This document shows positions 1-9,774 of a stretch of DNA of 34,313 nt, one piece after another. A model generated the notes under the pieces. The model was not told the DNA's origin. It was given only the letters and a program-made list of their open reading frames with translations, and ran no database searches. Numbering within the stretch: position 1 is the stretch's first letter; each line of letters begins with the position of its first letter. A program made the position numbers and the translations under genes. The stretch spans positions 1 to 34,313 of the IMG/VR virus record IMGVR_UViG_3300044846_000114; one strand, written 5' to 3'. Source of the stretch: a virus (taxonomy: Duplodnaviria; Caudoviricetes).

Positions 1-92
1 TCTCCGAACTCTATATATCCGCTGCCCTTTTTTTCTCTGTACTCAGGCTGTCTGGCCTCAGCAAAATTCAATATTACTAGATCGTTTGTCAT
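1..92 (-). CDS. Portal protein 5' end (repeat copy, cut by window edge)
   Basis: Same sequence as the start of 30321..32345 (MTNDLIILNFAEARQPEY). Confidence 0.85.
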   Translation of the reverse strand, partial: MTNDLVILNFAEARQPEYREKKGSGYIEFG

Positions 93-472
93 TATCTTAC
101 TATGTATGTGTTATTCGTTGAATATTCAGTGAAACTGAAACTGTCTGTATCTGACAATCTCATGATGCCTGTTTCTAGTAAACTAGTAGCCAGGGCAGGA
201 TTCACATTTGTAGTGCTGCTTTGTTCATAGATCATGTATTCCCATTCACCTGCTAATTCACTAGAAAAATGTGTCACCCCATTTATGCTGAATTTATTGT
301 ATCTGTCTTTGTATTGAGACAGATCAGCTGCATTCAATATCACAAATGCTACTACATCATTGCTAGATCTTTGTTTAAAATAGAATAGATAGTTTGGCAC
401 TGATAGTGTTTGCTTTTCTGTCAGTGTTACTATCACCTGATCTGTATGTCCTTTTCTTAGATATATCATCAT
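92..472 (-). CDS. Hypothetical virion-associated protein (126 aa)
   Basis: Between tail tube and portal; TAATG overlap with portal start; preceded by the CTATTTAT motif. Confidence 0.75.
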   Translation of the reverse strand: MMIYLRKGHTDQVIVTLTEKQTLSVPNYLFYFKQRSSNDVVAFVILNAADLSQYKDRYNKFSINGVTHFSSELAGEWEYMIYEQSSTTNVNPALATSLLETGIMRLSDTDSFSFTEYSTNNTYIVR

Positions 473-474
473 TG

Positions 475-482
475 ATAAATAG
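475..482 (-). promoter_or_regulatory. Putative late promoter element CTATTTAT
   Basis: Same 8-mer precedes five structural genes; TGTGGT lies 17 nt upstream here and 18 nt upstream at 2786. Confidence 0.65.
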
Positions 483-507
483 CATCTGCACTGACTTTTA
501 CCACAAT

Positions 508-539
508 AAAAAAGCCAGCCCCTTTTTGAGAGACTGGCC
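508..539 (-). terminator. Intrinsic terminator after tail tube gene
   Basis: GCCAGTCTCT-CAAAA-AGGGGCTGGC stem with G:U pairs followed by T6. Confidence 0.8.
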
Positions 540-569
540 GACTACCTACTATTTGAAAACCACGAAAGC

Positions 570-1082
570 CTAAGCTGTCAATCCAGCAATGATGCTACTA
601 GTCACCTCAGGTGCTAATGCTTTTTCTCCACCGCTGAATGTTAATGCATAGCCGTTTCTGTCTGCCTGAGCAGTACCAGTTGCACTAGATCCAGCAGAAA
701 GGTCTAGACCGTTCTCTTTTCCTAATAACCAGTATTTGCCGTTTGCATCTTCTACTACAGCTAACAAATTGTTTTGTGCCAACAATAGAATTTCATTTCT
801 AGTGTTTGCCTGCATTTTGTTTAAAACAATAGCCAATTCCTGAGCATAAAACACAGTGCCATTCTGCACATTTGCGTTCACATTCTCAGTCAATGAACTG
901 CTATTTTTTACCAATTGATATTTATAGAATACTTTACTAGCTACTTTTGTGATAGCAGTCACTACACCTGACACCTCAGTCACAGCTGAAACATTGCCAG
1001 AAGCAATAAACCAAACGGCTTTTATACCGCCTATGCTATCTTTACAATCTAGTGTATATCCTTGTGTTAAAGCACATGGCAT
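570..1082 (-). CDS. Putative major tail (tube) protein
   Basis: 170 aa, rich in small and beta-forming residues, directly after the capsid gene; N-terminal C-x9-C..GGIK motif recalled from Bacteroidota phage structural proteins. Confidence 0.6.
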   Translation of the reverse strand: MPCALTQGYTLDCKDSIGGIKAVWFIASGNVSAVTEVSGVVTAITKVASKVFYKYQLVKNSSSLTENVNANVQNGTVFYAQELAIVLNKMQANTRNEILLLAQNNLLAVVEDANGKYWLLGKENGLDLSAGSSATGTAQADRNGYALTFSGGEKALAPEVTSSIIAGLTA

Positions 1083-1105
1083 ATTTTTAGAATTTAATTT
1101 ATTTT

Positions 1106-1137
1106 TAAAATAGGGCAGTAAACCTAATTACTGCCCT
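1106..1137 (-). terminator. Stem-loop or leaky terminator between capsid and tail tube genes
   Basis: Perfect 10-bp stem AGGGCAGTAA/TTACTGCCCT (1112-1121/1128-1137) with a short T tract; stem unchanged in the second repeat copy. Confidence 0.65.
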
Positions 1138-1143
1138 GAATAT

Positions 1144-2094
1144 TTATACTGTGAACTTTACGATTTCCGCTGGGAAAGCAAAGTTTACACCCATTTTGAA
1201 CTCAGATACAAAACGAACTTGATCAGCTTCTTTTGCATAGAAAATTTCAAATCTTTCTTCTTCATTCAATAAATCTGTACCGATAAATAAATTAGAAATT
1301 CTCATTGAATAGATCTTGTTTGTTCCGTTCAAACCTTGTACTGCAATCACCTTGATAGATGTACCTGGCAATACAAACTCAGAATCAGCTTTTCCATCAT
1401 ATGAATAGCTAAACATGTTAGCATTCTTTAATGCAATTGTGTAAGTTCTGAAAACATCCATACCACAGAAAATTGCAGTATCATCCTTTGCTACTACCTC
1501 AGCTGGGATTGCTTTGTAAACTGCATCAAATACAGCAATTACATTTGCAGCAGTGATTGCAGTTGCAGGTGTACCAAAATAAGTAGTAGTGTTTGCATCT
1601 ACAACAGCACCGCCAGCAGCAGTTGCTAATTTGATCACACCATCAAACTTGTTCAAGTTACCATTTGCAGATGCTGTATCACCTTGCCATAAACCAATTT
1701 CTAACTGAGCAGCAATCTTTTCAGTTTTTCTAGTTGAATATTCCTCAGCAAATACTACTGAATCATATTTAGATCCAGCTGGTAAAGCCTTTTGCAAATA
1801 AGTTCTCTCTAAGTCTTTAGGACATAAAGCCTCATTTACTTTCATTTTTCCTACAGTTACAGTTCTTTGAGTGAAAGTAGTTGTACCTGATGCGTTGAAT
1901 CCGCAAGATGATCCATCTTGAAAGAAAGCGTCAGTGTCCATGATGTTAATCTTTTCGCTAGATTTAACACCTACCATCACATTGCCCTGTGATTTGATTA
2001 AGCTAGCAGTTTTGCTACCTAATACAGATGATGCTACTAAAAGGTCTTGATTTTCCTTTGTGTATGTAGCTAGTGCTGATACGTCAAATGCCAT
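1144..2094 (-). CDS. Major capsid protein (HK97-like fold expected)
   Basis: 316 aa; follows protease and scaffold; LWQGD...FDG motif typical of capsid proteins. Confidence 0.85.
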   Translation of the reverse strand: MAFDVSALATYTKENQDLLVASSVLGSKTASLIKSQGNVMVGVKSSEKINIMDTDAFFQDGSSCGFNASGTTTFTQRTVTVGKMKVNEALCPKDLERTYLQKALPAGSKYDSVVFAEEYSTRKTEKIAAQLEIGLWQGDTASANGNLNKFDGVIKLATAAGGAVVDANTTTYFGTPATAITAANVIAVFDAVYKAIPAEVVAKDDTAIFCGMDVFRTYTIALKNANMFSYSYDGKADSEFVLPGTSIKVIAVQGLNGTNKIYSMRISNLFIGTDLLNEEERFEIFYAKEADQVRFVSEFKMGVNFAFPAEIVKFTV

Positions 2095-2125
2095 GTTATT
2101 TGTTTTTTGTTTGTTTTAAAAAATT

Positions 2126-2767
2126 TTACTTGTTTATATTCTTAGCTAAATCTAAAAATCTTTTCATTTTATCATCCTTGCTTTCTACATGCTGATTGAA
2201 TTTATCTTTTGGATTCTCAGTTGCATTAGATGATGATGTGTTAATCATGCCTACAATTACATCAGATAAATCACTGATAGCCTTGCTGAATTTTGCATCT
2301 GCAGCAGACATCATTTTCTTTTTCATTTCAGCATCTTTCTTTATTTCATCAATAGCAGCTTCTAATTCTTTGATCTTCAATTCTGCTACTGTTGGCTCTA
2401 CTGGTGCAGTGATCTCTATTTCTACCTCAGGTGCTTCTACCTGTGCAGATTTGATCTCTAAAATTTTACCAGCCTCATCTAAGATGATGATTGTGCCATC
2501 TACTAACTCATGTTCACCAGCAGGTGCAGGTGCAGTATTCCCAGCTTCATCAATCAATGTAACTAAGCCGCCAACTTCTAGCATGTCAATCATTACTTTT
2601 CCGCCAGACTTTAAATCATATTCTTTTGCCGCTTCAATAGGTAAAACAGCAGGCTCTGCAGCAGGTGCAGCAGCAGGATCAATAGCAGGCAAAACAGGAT
2701 CAGCGAAATTCGCCCCAGCTTGCTCAAACATTGCTTTGATCTTCAATACAGCTTCTAATGGTGTCAT
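2126..2767 (-). CDS. Capsid scaffolding protein
   Basis: Acidic, Pro/Ala-rich protein with C-terminal coiled coil, located between protease and capsid genes. Confidence 0.7.
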   Translation of the reverse strand: MTPLEAVLKIKAMFEQAGANFADPVLPAIDPAAAPAAEPAVLPIEAAKEYDLKSGGKVMIDMLEVGGLVTLIDEAGNTAPAPAGEHELVDGTIIILDEAGKILEIKSAQVEAPEVEIEITAPVEPTVAELKIKELEAAIDEIKKDAEMKKKMMSAADAKFSKAISDLSDVIVGMINTSSSNATENPKDKFNQHVESKDDKMKRFLDLAKNINK

Positions 2768-2785
2768 ATAATACTTGTTTAAACC

Positions 2786-2793
2786 ATAAATAG
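2786..2793 (-). promoter_or_regulatory. Putative late promoter element CTATTTAT (scaffold/capsid)
   Basis: Recurrent motif 18 nt before the ATG, just downstream of a terminator. Confidence 0.65.
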
Positions 2794-2820
2794 ACTACAC
2801 ATGACAATATGACCACATAG

Positions 2821-2846
2821 AAAAAGGGCAGCATCTCTGCTACCCT
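2821..2846 (-). terminator. Intrinsic terminator after protease gene
   Basis: AGGGTAGCA-GAGA-TGCTGCCCT followed by TTTT; GNRA tetraloop. Confidence 0.75.
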
Positions 2847-2871
2847 CTATTCATTTTTTTTTGCTCAGTTT

Positions 2872-3477
2872 TTATTTTACCTGGCTCAGTATCTGCTGAA
2901 TCTGTGACCATAGATCCTGTGCCTGGCTTTGTTGTATGTCAGCTTTTTTGTAGCTGAATAAACCCTCTACTGAAAAGCCTTTCACTTTGCCATCTTTGAT
3001 CATTTTCCATACCTCAGGATTGTTCACTTTGAATGATCCAAACCAGCTGCCATCAGGTACATCCTCAAAGCCTTTCATGGCCATGATGCCTCTTTTGCTG
3101 TCAGTGATCCAGGATTCAAACATAGTCAACCCCTCTAGTTTTGTGCCACTGTCATGCATCAAATTCACATTTGACTGGTAGCCCTTAGCAAAGAATTTTT
3201 GAGCAATTTGCTTGATCGTGTCTTTTGTGAACACTACATAGTATTCACCATTCTCATCATTTCTGTATATAGGTTTGTCAGCCAGCATCAATGCACCTGT
3301 GATGATCTGCTCATCCTCATCCTGGATGGCAAATGACATCTGTACATTGTTTTCATTGAATGCCAAAAAGTTTTTGTCTATTGCAGGCCTGTCTACCAGT
3401 GCCACATAGTCCACCTCCATGTCACTGTCTACATCAGACAGGATCTCTAGGTTATATATTGGTAAGTTTCTTTCCAT
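2872..3477 (-). CDS. Prohead maturation protease, XkdF-like (peptidase S78-type)
   Basis: VALVDRPAI, NVNLMHD, VPDGSWF and VKGFSVEG motifs; upstream of scaffold and capsid. Confidence 0.85.
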   Translation of the reverse strand: MERNLPIYNLEILSDVDSDMEVDYVALVDRPAIDKNFLAFNENNVQMSFAIQDEDEQIITGALMLADKPIYRNDENGEYYVVFTKDTIKQIAQKFFAKGYQSNVNLMHDSGTKLEGLTMFESWITDSKRGIMAMKGFEDVPDGSWFGSFKVNNPEVWKMIKDGKVKGFSVEGLFSYKKADIQQSQAQDLWSQIQQILSQVK

Positions 3478-3481
3478 TCTT

Positions 3482-3489
3482 ATAAATAG
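3482..3489 (-). promoter_or_regulatory. Putative late promoter element CTATTTAT (protease)
   Basis: Motif ends 4 nt before the ATG. Confidence 0.65.
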
Positions 3490-3493
3490 TTTT

Positions 3494-5521
3494 TTAAGTT
3501 AATCTTGCTGCTCTGTTAATTCTAGTGATCCTTTCCTGGCTGTTGGTAATATCTGATTCTACCACATAGGCTCTGTTTGTAGCAGATCCCATCTGATTGA
3601 TTGATTGCTGATCTATTTGTGTCACTGTGTTCTGTATAGGTGATGCAGGTAGAACAGGTGCAGCTGACAATGCTGGTGCTGATGCTGTAGCACCTCCACC
3701 GCCTCCACCTTTTACCTGTGTCATGATTTGTTTTGCTCTAGATGCCGCCCCTAATACTGCAGCTATTTGTGTAGCATAGAAAATAGGAAATGCAAATGCA
3801 GCAGCTGGCCCTGTAGCCTTAGCTGATTTCTGTGCAATGTCCAAACCTTGTACAAATCCCACACCTGTGCCTATTGCGATCTCTGCCAAACCTGCCACCT
3901 TTGCTGCTGTAGTGCCTTGCTCAAATAAACCAGATAAGCCAGCAAAAACCCCACCAATTGCACTGGCAAATTGTAGTTTGGCTTGTAATTCTGCATCCTG
4001 GTATGCTATTCTCTGATCTGTCAATGATTTGACTTTCTCATTGTATTCTTTTTCAGTGATCAGTTTCTTATCAAATGCTTCCTGCACTACCATTTGCTCT
4101 ATGTCTAATGCTGCCAGTCTATCCTCGTATTCTACACCTCTAGCTGTCTGCAATCTATCTAGATCCTCAATCTCTCTAGTGAAATTTGCAACTGCTATCT
4201 GATTTTCTAGTGATGCAAGTTGTAGATCTATTTCCTGTTTCTTTTCTGCATAGGCAATCTCTGCATCTACCCTGGCCTGTGTGCCTGCATTTGTATTTGC
4301 AATGTTTTGCTGCAATCTAGCTAGTTCTAGATCTGCCTCCTCTTTTGCAATCTGTTTCTGTGTTTCTAGTTTTAGGATCTCATCTTTGATCAGTTCAGCA
4401 TTTGCCTTTTTACGATCTACCAGCAGTTTATTTTCACTAGCTGCAATGGATTGATCCAGGGCTAGTTTTTCTTTTGTCAATGCAGTGGCATTCACTAATT
4501 GCTCTGATCTTAAACCTGCTATCTGTGCCTCTACAGCTGCCACCTCGTTCTGTGCCTCTATCAATGCAGCCTGCAATTCTACTGACTGTTTATTCTGTGC
4601 TAATTCAGCAGCAGCAGCAGCCACTCTTTGCTGTGCCAGGGCTTTCTGTGCTTTTTCCTGCTGATCTAATACTTTTCCCAATGCAGCATTTGCTGCTATT
4701 CTTTCATCAATACTTTTGAACTCATCATCTCTGATCTGTCTCAATTGTTCAGCCTGTCTGTCATATTTCTCTACCAAACCAGCTAACTGTGCAGCAGCAA
4801 TCACTGCATTGTTTTTTAGTGCAATGGTAGCTTTTGACTGCTCATAAATGGCAGCTACATTCATTTTGCTAGCCTTATCTACAGTCTTGCTCACTACATC
4901 CACCACAGATGATGCAGCCTCTCCAAAATTGTTGTATATATCCTTTCCAGCTTGTACTGCATTTTTCCCTGTCTTTGACAAACTCTCTTTTGTAGCCTCA
5001 ATGTCAGCTGTCAAATCCTTTATGACCTTTTGATCCTTATCACCAAATGGTGATTTTTCCCATGCTAGCTGTACCTCTTTGATCACTAATTTGATGCCAT
5101 CAAATGCTAGTTTCAATGGTGTGATTGCTAGTGTAAAAATGCCCATCAATACCTTTCCTAGTGCTTCAAACCCATTTGAACTTTTGCCCACCTCTGATGT
5201 CACACTGATAAAAATATCTATCAGATTACTGATGATAGTTGAAATAGTATTAAACACAGCAGCTACCCCATCAGCTACTTTCTGATTTTTACTCAGTGTC
5301 TCTTTAAAAAAATTAAATGCACCTGCAATCACTGTGATGATCCCCAGTGATTTCAATGTATTCCCTAATGATCCAAATGCACCAGATGCACCTTTGGCAT
5401 CTTTACTTGATTGTTTTGCACTATCACCTAGCCCATCAATCTGCTGTTTGGTGTCTTTTAGCTTTTTGTCCGAATCACCAGTATTGACTTCAATGTCTAC
5501 ACCTACTTTTTCATTTGCCAT
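3494..5521 (-). CDS. Tail tape measure protein
   Basis: 675 aa, Ala/Gln/Glu-rich coiled coil flanked by hydrophobic glycine-rich segments. Confidence 0.85.
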   Translation of the reverse strand: MANEKVGVDIEVNTGDSDKKLKDTKQQIDGLGDSAKQSSKDAKGASGAFGSLGNTLKSLGIITVIAGAFNFFKETLSKNQKVADGVAAVFNTISTIISNLIDIFISVTSEVGKSSNGFEALGKVLMGIFTLAITPLKLAFDGIKLVIKEVQLAWEKSPFGDKDQKVIKDLTADIEATKESLSKTGKNAVQAGKDIYNNFGEAASSVVDVVSKTVDKASKMNVAAIYEQSKATIALKNNAVIAAAQLAGLVEKYDRQAEQLRQIRDDEFKSIDERIAANAALGKVLDQQEKAQKALAQQRVAAAAAELAQNKQSVELQAALIEAQNEVAAVEAQIAGLRSEQLVNATALTKEKLALDQSIAASENKLLVDRKKANAELIKDEILKLETQKQIAKEEADLELARLQQNIANTNAGTQARVDAEIAYAEKKQEIDLQLASLENQIAVANFTREIEDLDRLQTARGVEYEDRLAALDIEQMVVQEAFDKKLITEKEYNEKVKSLTDQRIAYQDAELQAKLQFASAIGGVFAGLSGLFEQGTTAAKVAGLAEIAIGTGVGFVQGLDIAQKSAKATGPAAAFAFPIFYATQIAAVLGAASRAKQIMTQVKGGGGGGATASAPALSAAPVLPASPIQNTVTQIDQQSINQMGSATNRAYVVESDITNSQERITRINRAARLT

Positions 5522-7620
5522 TATTCGTATGTTGTTTCAATTACTTTTAAAAATTCTGCTTTCGTAGTGTCTATGTCCATAGGATTGAAATCTTGAATAT
5601 TGTTTAGCCTCCACAATGCCCCATCTATCCAGATCAGCTTTGAAAAGTCTAGACTGAAAATGTCTTTTGCTTTTAAATAGATAAATGCTGACAATAGTCT
5701 ACTGTCTTTGTCTGTTATCTCTGCCACATATTCTGACCAGTATGCATTGAATAGGTTTGCTGTAGGGTATTCTGTAGCCAATGGAAAATAAAGTTCTGCA
5801 GGTACACTAAAATTCAAATCTGCATTTGGTGTGTCAGGATTGTCTAAATGACCTGAAAATCCGTATGTAGTCAAATTTGAAATAGTTGTATTGCCATTTT
5901 TAAGTGCATAAGATGTGACACCTGCTATTTTTTTAGCCTGCATGATTCTGATATTGTGATCTGTTCTATCTTCTATGTTATTATTCAATTTAAAAATAGT
6001 GCTGAATACTTTGTCCTCACCAGGATAGCCTACCAATGGTGTAGGTGAAAAAATCACCTCCGCTGTTTGTTTTTCTTTTGCAAAAACAAATCCACTATCT
6101 TCAATTCTAGTTCCGTATGTTTCACTAAACTTTTTCTGATATTGCTCATTGTAGTAGTCTATGTCACTCTTATATTTAAACTCAAAGTATCTGCCATTCA
6201 GTTCACTCATTGGTTTCAACTTCATAGGCTTTGATCTGTCTACCTTATATGTCCAGTCTAGATATTGTATTGTGCCATCAGATAGTAGCAAATAGTCTAG
6301 TTCATTTACCTGTAGTAAACTATTGAAATCATCTACTGCCAGCAGTGACTGTCCATCAAAATCATAGTATTCAATATATGGTTTGATGATAATATGATTT
6401 GTTCTGTTTGTGTCCTCTACCACATACAGATTGAACATCTTGACAATAGATGCAAAAAAATCCCTTTGAAATATTCCTTTAGGTATTACATCAGCCATCA
6501 CCAGTGAATCATTGAAACTGACAGTAGTAGTCACTAATGCATCAGAGAAAAATGACACCTGTGTCTCAATCAATGTGACTGGTGGATCATCTCTATTTGG
6601 TGCTGTATTTGTGATCCTAAATTGTATGTAGTCATCTTTGTTTACTAAAAGTTCTAGCACCCCATCAATACCAAACCCATCAGTGAAATTAAATTCATAA
6701 ACCACTGCACCATTCCTAAGTATGTAAAAAATCCCACTGGTAGAATCACCAGAAAATGAATAGTTTATTTTTAAGTTTGTAGATGTTTCAAATGGATATG
6801 TGAATACACTATTTGCTGATGTCACCACTAGACCAGATCCTGTCACTGTTTCAAATGGAATCACTCTTGTACTCAATATTTCTAGTGCAGTAGTCCTAGT
6901 GGCCACATTGAAATTGCTAGTGGTTTTTGTTAAATCCTTTTGATTCTGTGGTATTATCAATCTCCTGAATACTGCTGAATTAAAAAATGAGCATTCATAA
7001 GTGTAGCCTGAATTTGTGATAATCTTATCCATATATTCTTTGACATACAGTGCAGGTCTATATGCTCGTACATCCCAGTCATGCTTGTTTGTACTGCTGA
7101 CCTTTCCATAGTCAATCAATGGATAGTAGTAGCCTGATCCATCAATAGAATCCCATGATGCCTGAATGTTTGCTAATGTCCAGTCATGATCATATTCAGA
7201 AAAATCAAGCTGCTCTAGTTTGTTATTCCCTAATGCATTGATAAATCCACCTAATTCACCAAACACAGCACATTCATATTCTATTGTGCCATTGTCTATG
7301 ACAATCTCTAAAAGTCTGATGATCCCTTTGAATATCTGAACTTTGTCAATAAATACTATACATGCTGCAGCTTTTGATGCGTTAAAATTATACCCTATAT
7401 TTGGCTGATTATCATCATACAAATTAGATGATCCAAACTCAAAGACATGACCAAATAGTTTATTATTTACAGCATTGCCTGGCAATATGATAGTCTTTGA
7501 GAAATTGGTATTCCTAGATGCAAAGTCTTTGATGTCATCAATATTGTATGTGAACTCAGTAGATAGATCCTTTGACAGATCTAGTCTTTGATTCTCTATG
7601 TATATCTCTGTGCTTATCAT
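5521..7620 (-). CDS. Tail tip/hub structural protein
   Basis: 699 aa, aromatic and beta-rich; NFSKTI.LP and YYYPLIDYG motifs; next to tape measure gene. Confidence 0.65.
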   Translation of the reverse strand: MISTEIYIENQRLDLSKDLSTEFTYNIDDIKDFASRNTNFSKTIILPGNAVNNKLFGHVFEFGSSNLYDDNQPNIGYNFNASKAAACIVFIDKVQIFKGIIRLLEIVIDNGTIEYECAVFGELGGFINALGNNKLEQLDFSEYDHDWTLANIQASWDSIDGSGYYYPLIDYGKVSSTNKHDWDVRAYRPALYVKEYMDKIITNSGYTYECSFFNSAVFRRLIIPQNQKDLTKTTSNFNVATRTTALEILSTRVIPFETVTGSGLVVTSANSVFTYPFETSTNLKINYSFSGDSTSGIFYILRNGAVVYEFNFTDGFGIDGVLELLVNKDDYIQFRITNTAPNRDDPPVTLIETQVSFFSDALVTTTVSFNDSLVMADVIPKGIFQRDFFASIVKMFNLYVVEDTNRTNHIIIKPYIEYYDFDGQSLLAVDDFNSLLQVNELDYLLLSDGTIQYLDWTYKVDRSKPMKLKPMSELNGRYFEFKYKSDIDYYNEQYQKKFSETYGTRIEDSGFVFAKEKQTAEVIFSPTPLVGYPGEDKVFSTIFKLNNNIEDRTDHNIRIMQAKKIAGVTSYALKNGNTTISNLTTYGFSGHLDNPDTPNADLNFSVPAELYFPLATEYPTANLFNAYWSEYVAEITDKDSRLLSAFIYLKAKDIFSLDFSKLIWIDGALWRLNNIQDFNPMDIDTTKAEFLKVIETTYE

Positions 7621-8792
7621 TATCTGTACTGGCTATTTATTTTTTGAGCAAATTGGACATTCAATTCAAAATTGAAAATCTTATCTGCTGCCCTGATCTT
7701 TTCCTGCCATGTGTTTGTTCCTATTGCTACAGGGTAGTAGTACCCACCTTGCTCATAGTAAACCTCAGGGCTAGTGATCAGGTCTTTCAGCCATAAATAG
7801 TCAGTTTGATTAATATAGTCACTCACCAGTTTGAAACTCACTGTCTCATTGACAGCAAATGTACTATTGCCTGGATTGATTCTTTTGTAGCTGTCATATC
7901 TAGTCATGGATGCACTATTGTATTGCCATGTCATTTGCTCAAATGATTTTTTCTCTACAGATGCCTCTCTCCTGTTCACTAGCCTGAATGTGATGCTGTC
8001 ATATCCACCCAAACGATTTAAAAAATGCAATGTCACAGGTGTCCATCTAGGCTGACATGCCAGTGTCACTTTAAACTCAGTAGATTGATTCCCTCCATAG
8101 TTTACTTTCACCCCATACTGATATGTAGATGCTGTGATGAATCCACTCCCTAGATATGCATTGATGGCAGCAGGTGAAAGATCAAATAAAACAAATGCAC
8201 TACATGTGACACTGCCACCTGTAGATGGTAATCCATCTGCACCGCTTTGTGTGTACTTTTGAACTGTCAATGTCAGGTTTGTAGTAGTGCCTGCTGTATT
8301 CATCCAGCCTGCAAATAGCCTTTCAGTCATAGTACAGTCTGCCTTTGTCACATCTCTGCCTGTTAGCCAGCTGCTTATTTTAGGCTGATAGTATGATGTG
8401 CTGAAATCCCTGAAAATAGGATTTGCAAAGTTGAATGCTTTATATGTGCCTGATGCCAGGTTTGTGTATGTAGTGCCACCATAGTCCTCACCGAATCTCA
8501 CCTCATAGTCTATGTACAGATCATTGCCTGTGTAGCTGAATGCTGTAGATGTAGCATTTGGTTTGAAATAGCTGTACAGGTAATCTCTCACAATCCCACC
8601 TGCATTGAAAATGCCTTTTGTATTCACTGGATCAGGAAATAGTTTAATTCTAGAAACTAGAACACTGCTGATGTAAACATCAAACACAAATTTGAATCCT
8701 GCCTGTGCCACATTTGTAGATGTAGCTACAAAGTACAGATCATCATGTGCTGATGGATATGCCTCAGGTGTGCTGTTTATTGTTATTGCCAT
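7620..8792 (-). CDS. Minor tail structural protein
   Basis: 390 aa; FLNRLGGYD and DLITSPEVY motifs recalled from Bacteroidota phage tail proteins; TAATG coupling to next gene. Confidence 0.6.
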   Translation of the reverse strand: MAITINSTPEAYPSAHDDLYFVATSTNVAQAGFKFVFDVYISSVLVSRIKLFPDPVNTKGIFNAGGIVRDYLYSYFKPNATSTAFSYTGNDLYIDYEVRFGEDYGGTTYTNLASGTYKAFNFANPIFRDFSTSYYQPKISSWLTGRDVTKADCTMTERLFAGWMNTAGTTTNLTLTVQKYTQSGADGLPSTGGSVTCSAFVLFDLSPAAINAYLGSGFITASTYQYGVKVNYGGNQSTEFKVTLACQPRWTPVTLHFLNRLGGYDSITFRLVNRREASVEKKSFEQMTWQYNSASMTRYDSYKRINPGNSTFAVNETVSFKLVSDYINQTDYLWLKDLITSPEVYYEQGGYYYPVAIGTNTWQEKIRAADKIFNFELNVQFAQKINSQYR

Positions 8793-8795
8793 GTC

Positions 8796-9503
8796 TTATT
8801 TTTTTTCGTTTAATTTGTTATTTGCCTGTCTGATTGCTATTCTCACATCCTGGCCTACTACCTTAGATAGTGCATCCAGAAAACTTTGTCCAAACACACT
8901 ATTGATGGTGTCATCAAAGAATCCTGACCGCCTGATACCTTTCTTTTTAATGTTCACAGCTGTAGCATAGGCCATTGATTTCAACCTAGTTGCAGCATCC
9001 ACTTGTCTTTTTATGCTTCTATTTTTCCTTTGTGTAGCTGATAGCTTTTTTGTTTGATCATCATTTCTAGCTGCATTGCCTCTTTTCCTGTACCATAGCA
9101 GAATGCTTCGCTGCATGTTTCTAGATACTTTCAGATTTCTAAATGCATAGGGGCTGCTAGATGGATTCCCAGAGACTACACCTTTCACACCCTTATTGAC
9201 AAAATCATAATATTTAGATGCAGGATCTGATGAATCCCATCCTATGCTGATCTCATAGCCATTGCCTGTATTATTCAGGCTGCCTGATGATATGCCATCC
9301 TCTAAGCCTCCACTAGATACCTTTCCCTGCCTATTCAGCACCTCTTTAATTTGTAGGACAAATGCAGCAGCAGATCTGATCATAAACAGTTCTACTGATG
9401 GAAATTCACCCATGCCAGCATAGTCTGTAGAATTATCTCCTAGACTATCCAGAAAGCCATCATTGACTATCTCATCCTGTAATTGCTTAGTGCTTTTTGC
9501 CAT
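8796..9503 (-). CDS. Putative neck/tail completion protein
   Basis: Basic 235-aa protein; SSGGLEDGI, YYDFVNKGVKG and IKKKGIRRSGFF pattern resembles HK97 gp10-like completion proteins. Confidence 0.5.
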   Translation of the reverse strand: MAKSTKQLQDEIVNDGFLDSLGDNSTDYAGMGEFPSVELFMIRSAAAFVLQIKEVLNRQGKVSSGGLEDGISSGSLNNTGNGYEISIGWDSSDPASKYYDFVNKGVKGVVSGNPSSSPYAFRNLKVSRNMQRSILLWYRKRGNAARNDDQTKKLSATQRKNRSIKRQVDAATRLKSMAYATAVNIKKKGIRRSGFFDDTINSVFGQSFLDALSKVVGQDVRIAIRQANNKLNEKK

Positions 9504-9774
9504 ACGATTTTTTTATCTGCTCTTTGTCATACTCTGCTTTTGCTTTCAAATAGGATAGATCGTTCAAAAATTGTATTGTCATCATTTCATAGACTTGTTC
9601 TAGTTTGATTTTCTCATGTTCTGCCACAATTGTGGCTTGATAAATCCATCCAAAACGCTGCATAAACCCTGATGCAGTATCTCTGCTTGCAACCTGCTCA
9701 TCTTCGCTGTCATCATCATCTGCCATATCAAATAGTCCTTTGAAATTTTTATCCAGTTCCTGTACACTTGACAA
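9487..9774 (-). CDS. Tail assembly chaperone, -1 frame extension (gpT-like)
   Basis: Called start is a TTG inside the T9 run, in the -1 frame relative to 9600..10256. Confidence 0.65.
   Translation of the reverse strand: MSSVQELDKNFKGLFDMADDDDSEDEQVASRDTASGFMQRFGWIYQATIVAEHEKIKLEQVYEMMTIQFLNDLSYLKAKAEYDKEQIKKSYGKKH

Larger units (their letters stand above)
1..2060. repeat. Terminal direct repeat, copy 1 (imperfect)
   Basis: Colinear with 32254..34313; ORFs 92..472, 570..1082 and 1144.. recur at +32253 with substitutions. Confidence 0.97.

Noticed and set aside
1-2060. Diverged repeat as a diversity-generating retroelement TR/VR pair
   Set aside because: No reverse transcriptase; differences are not adenine-specific, are largely synonymous and span 2 kb.
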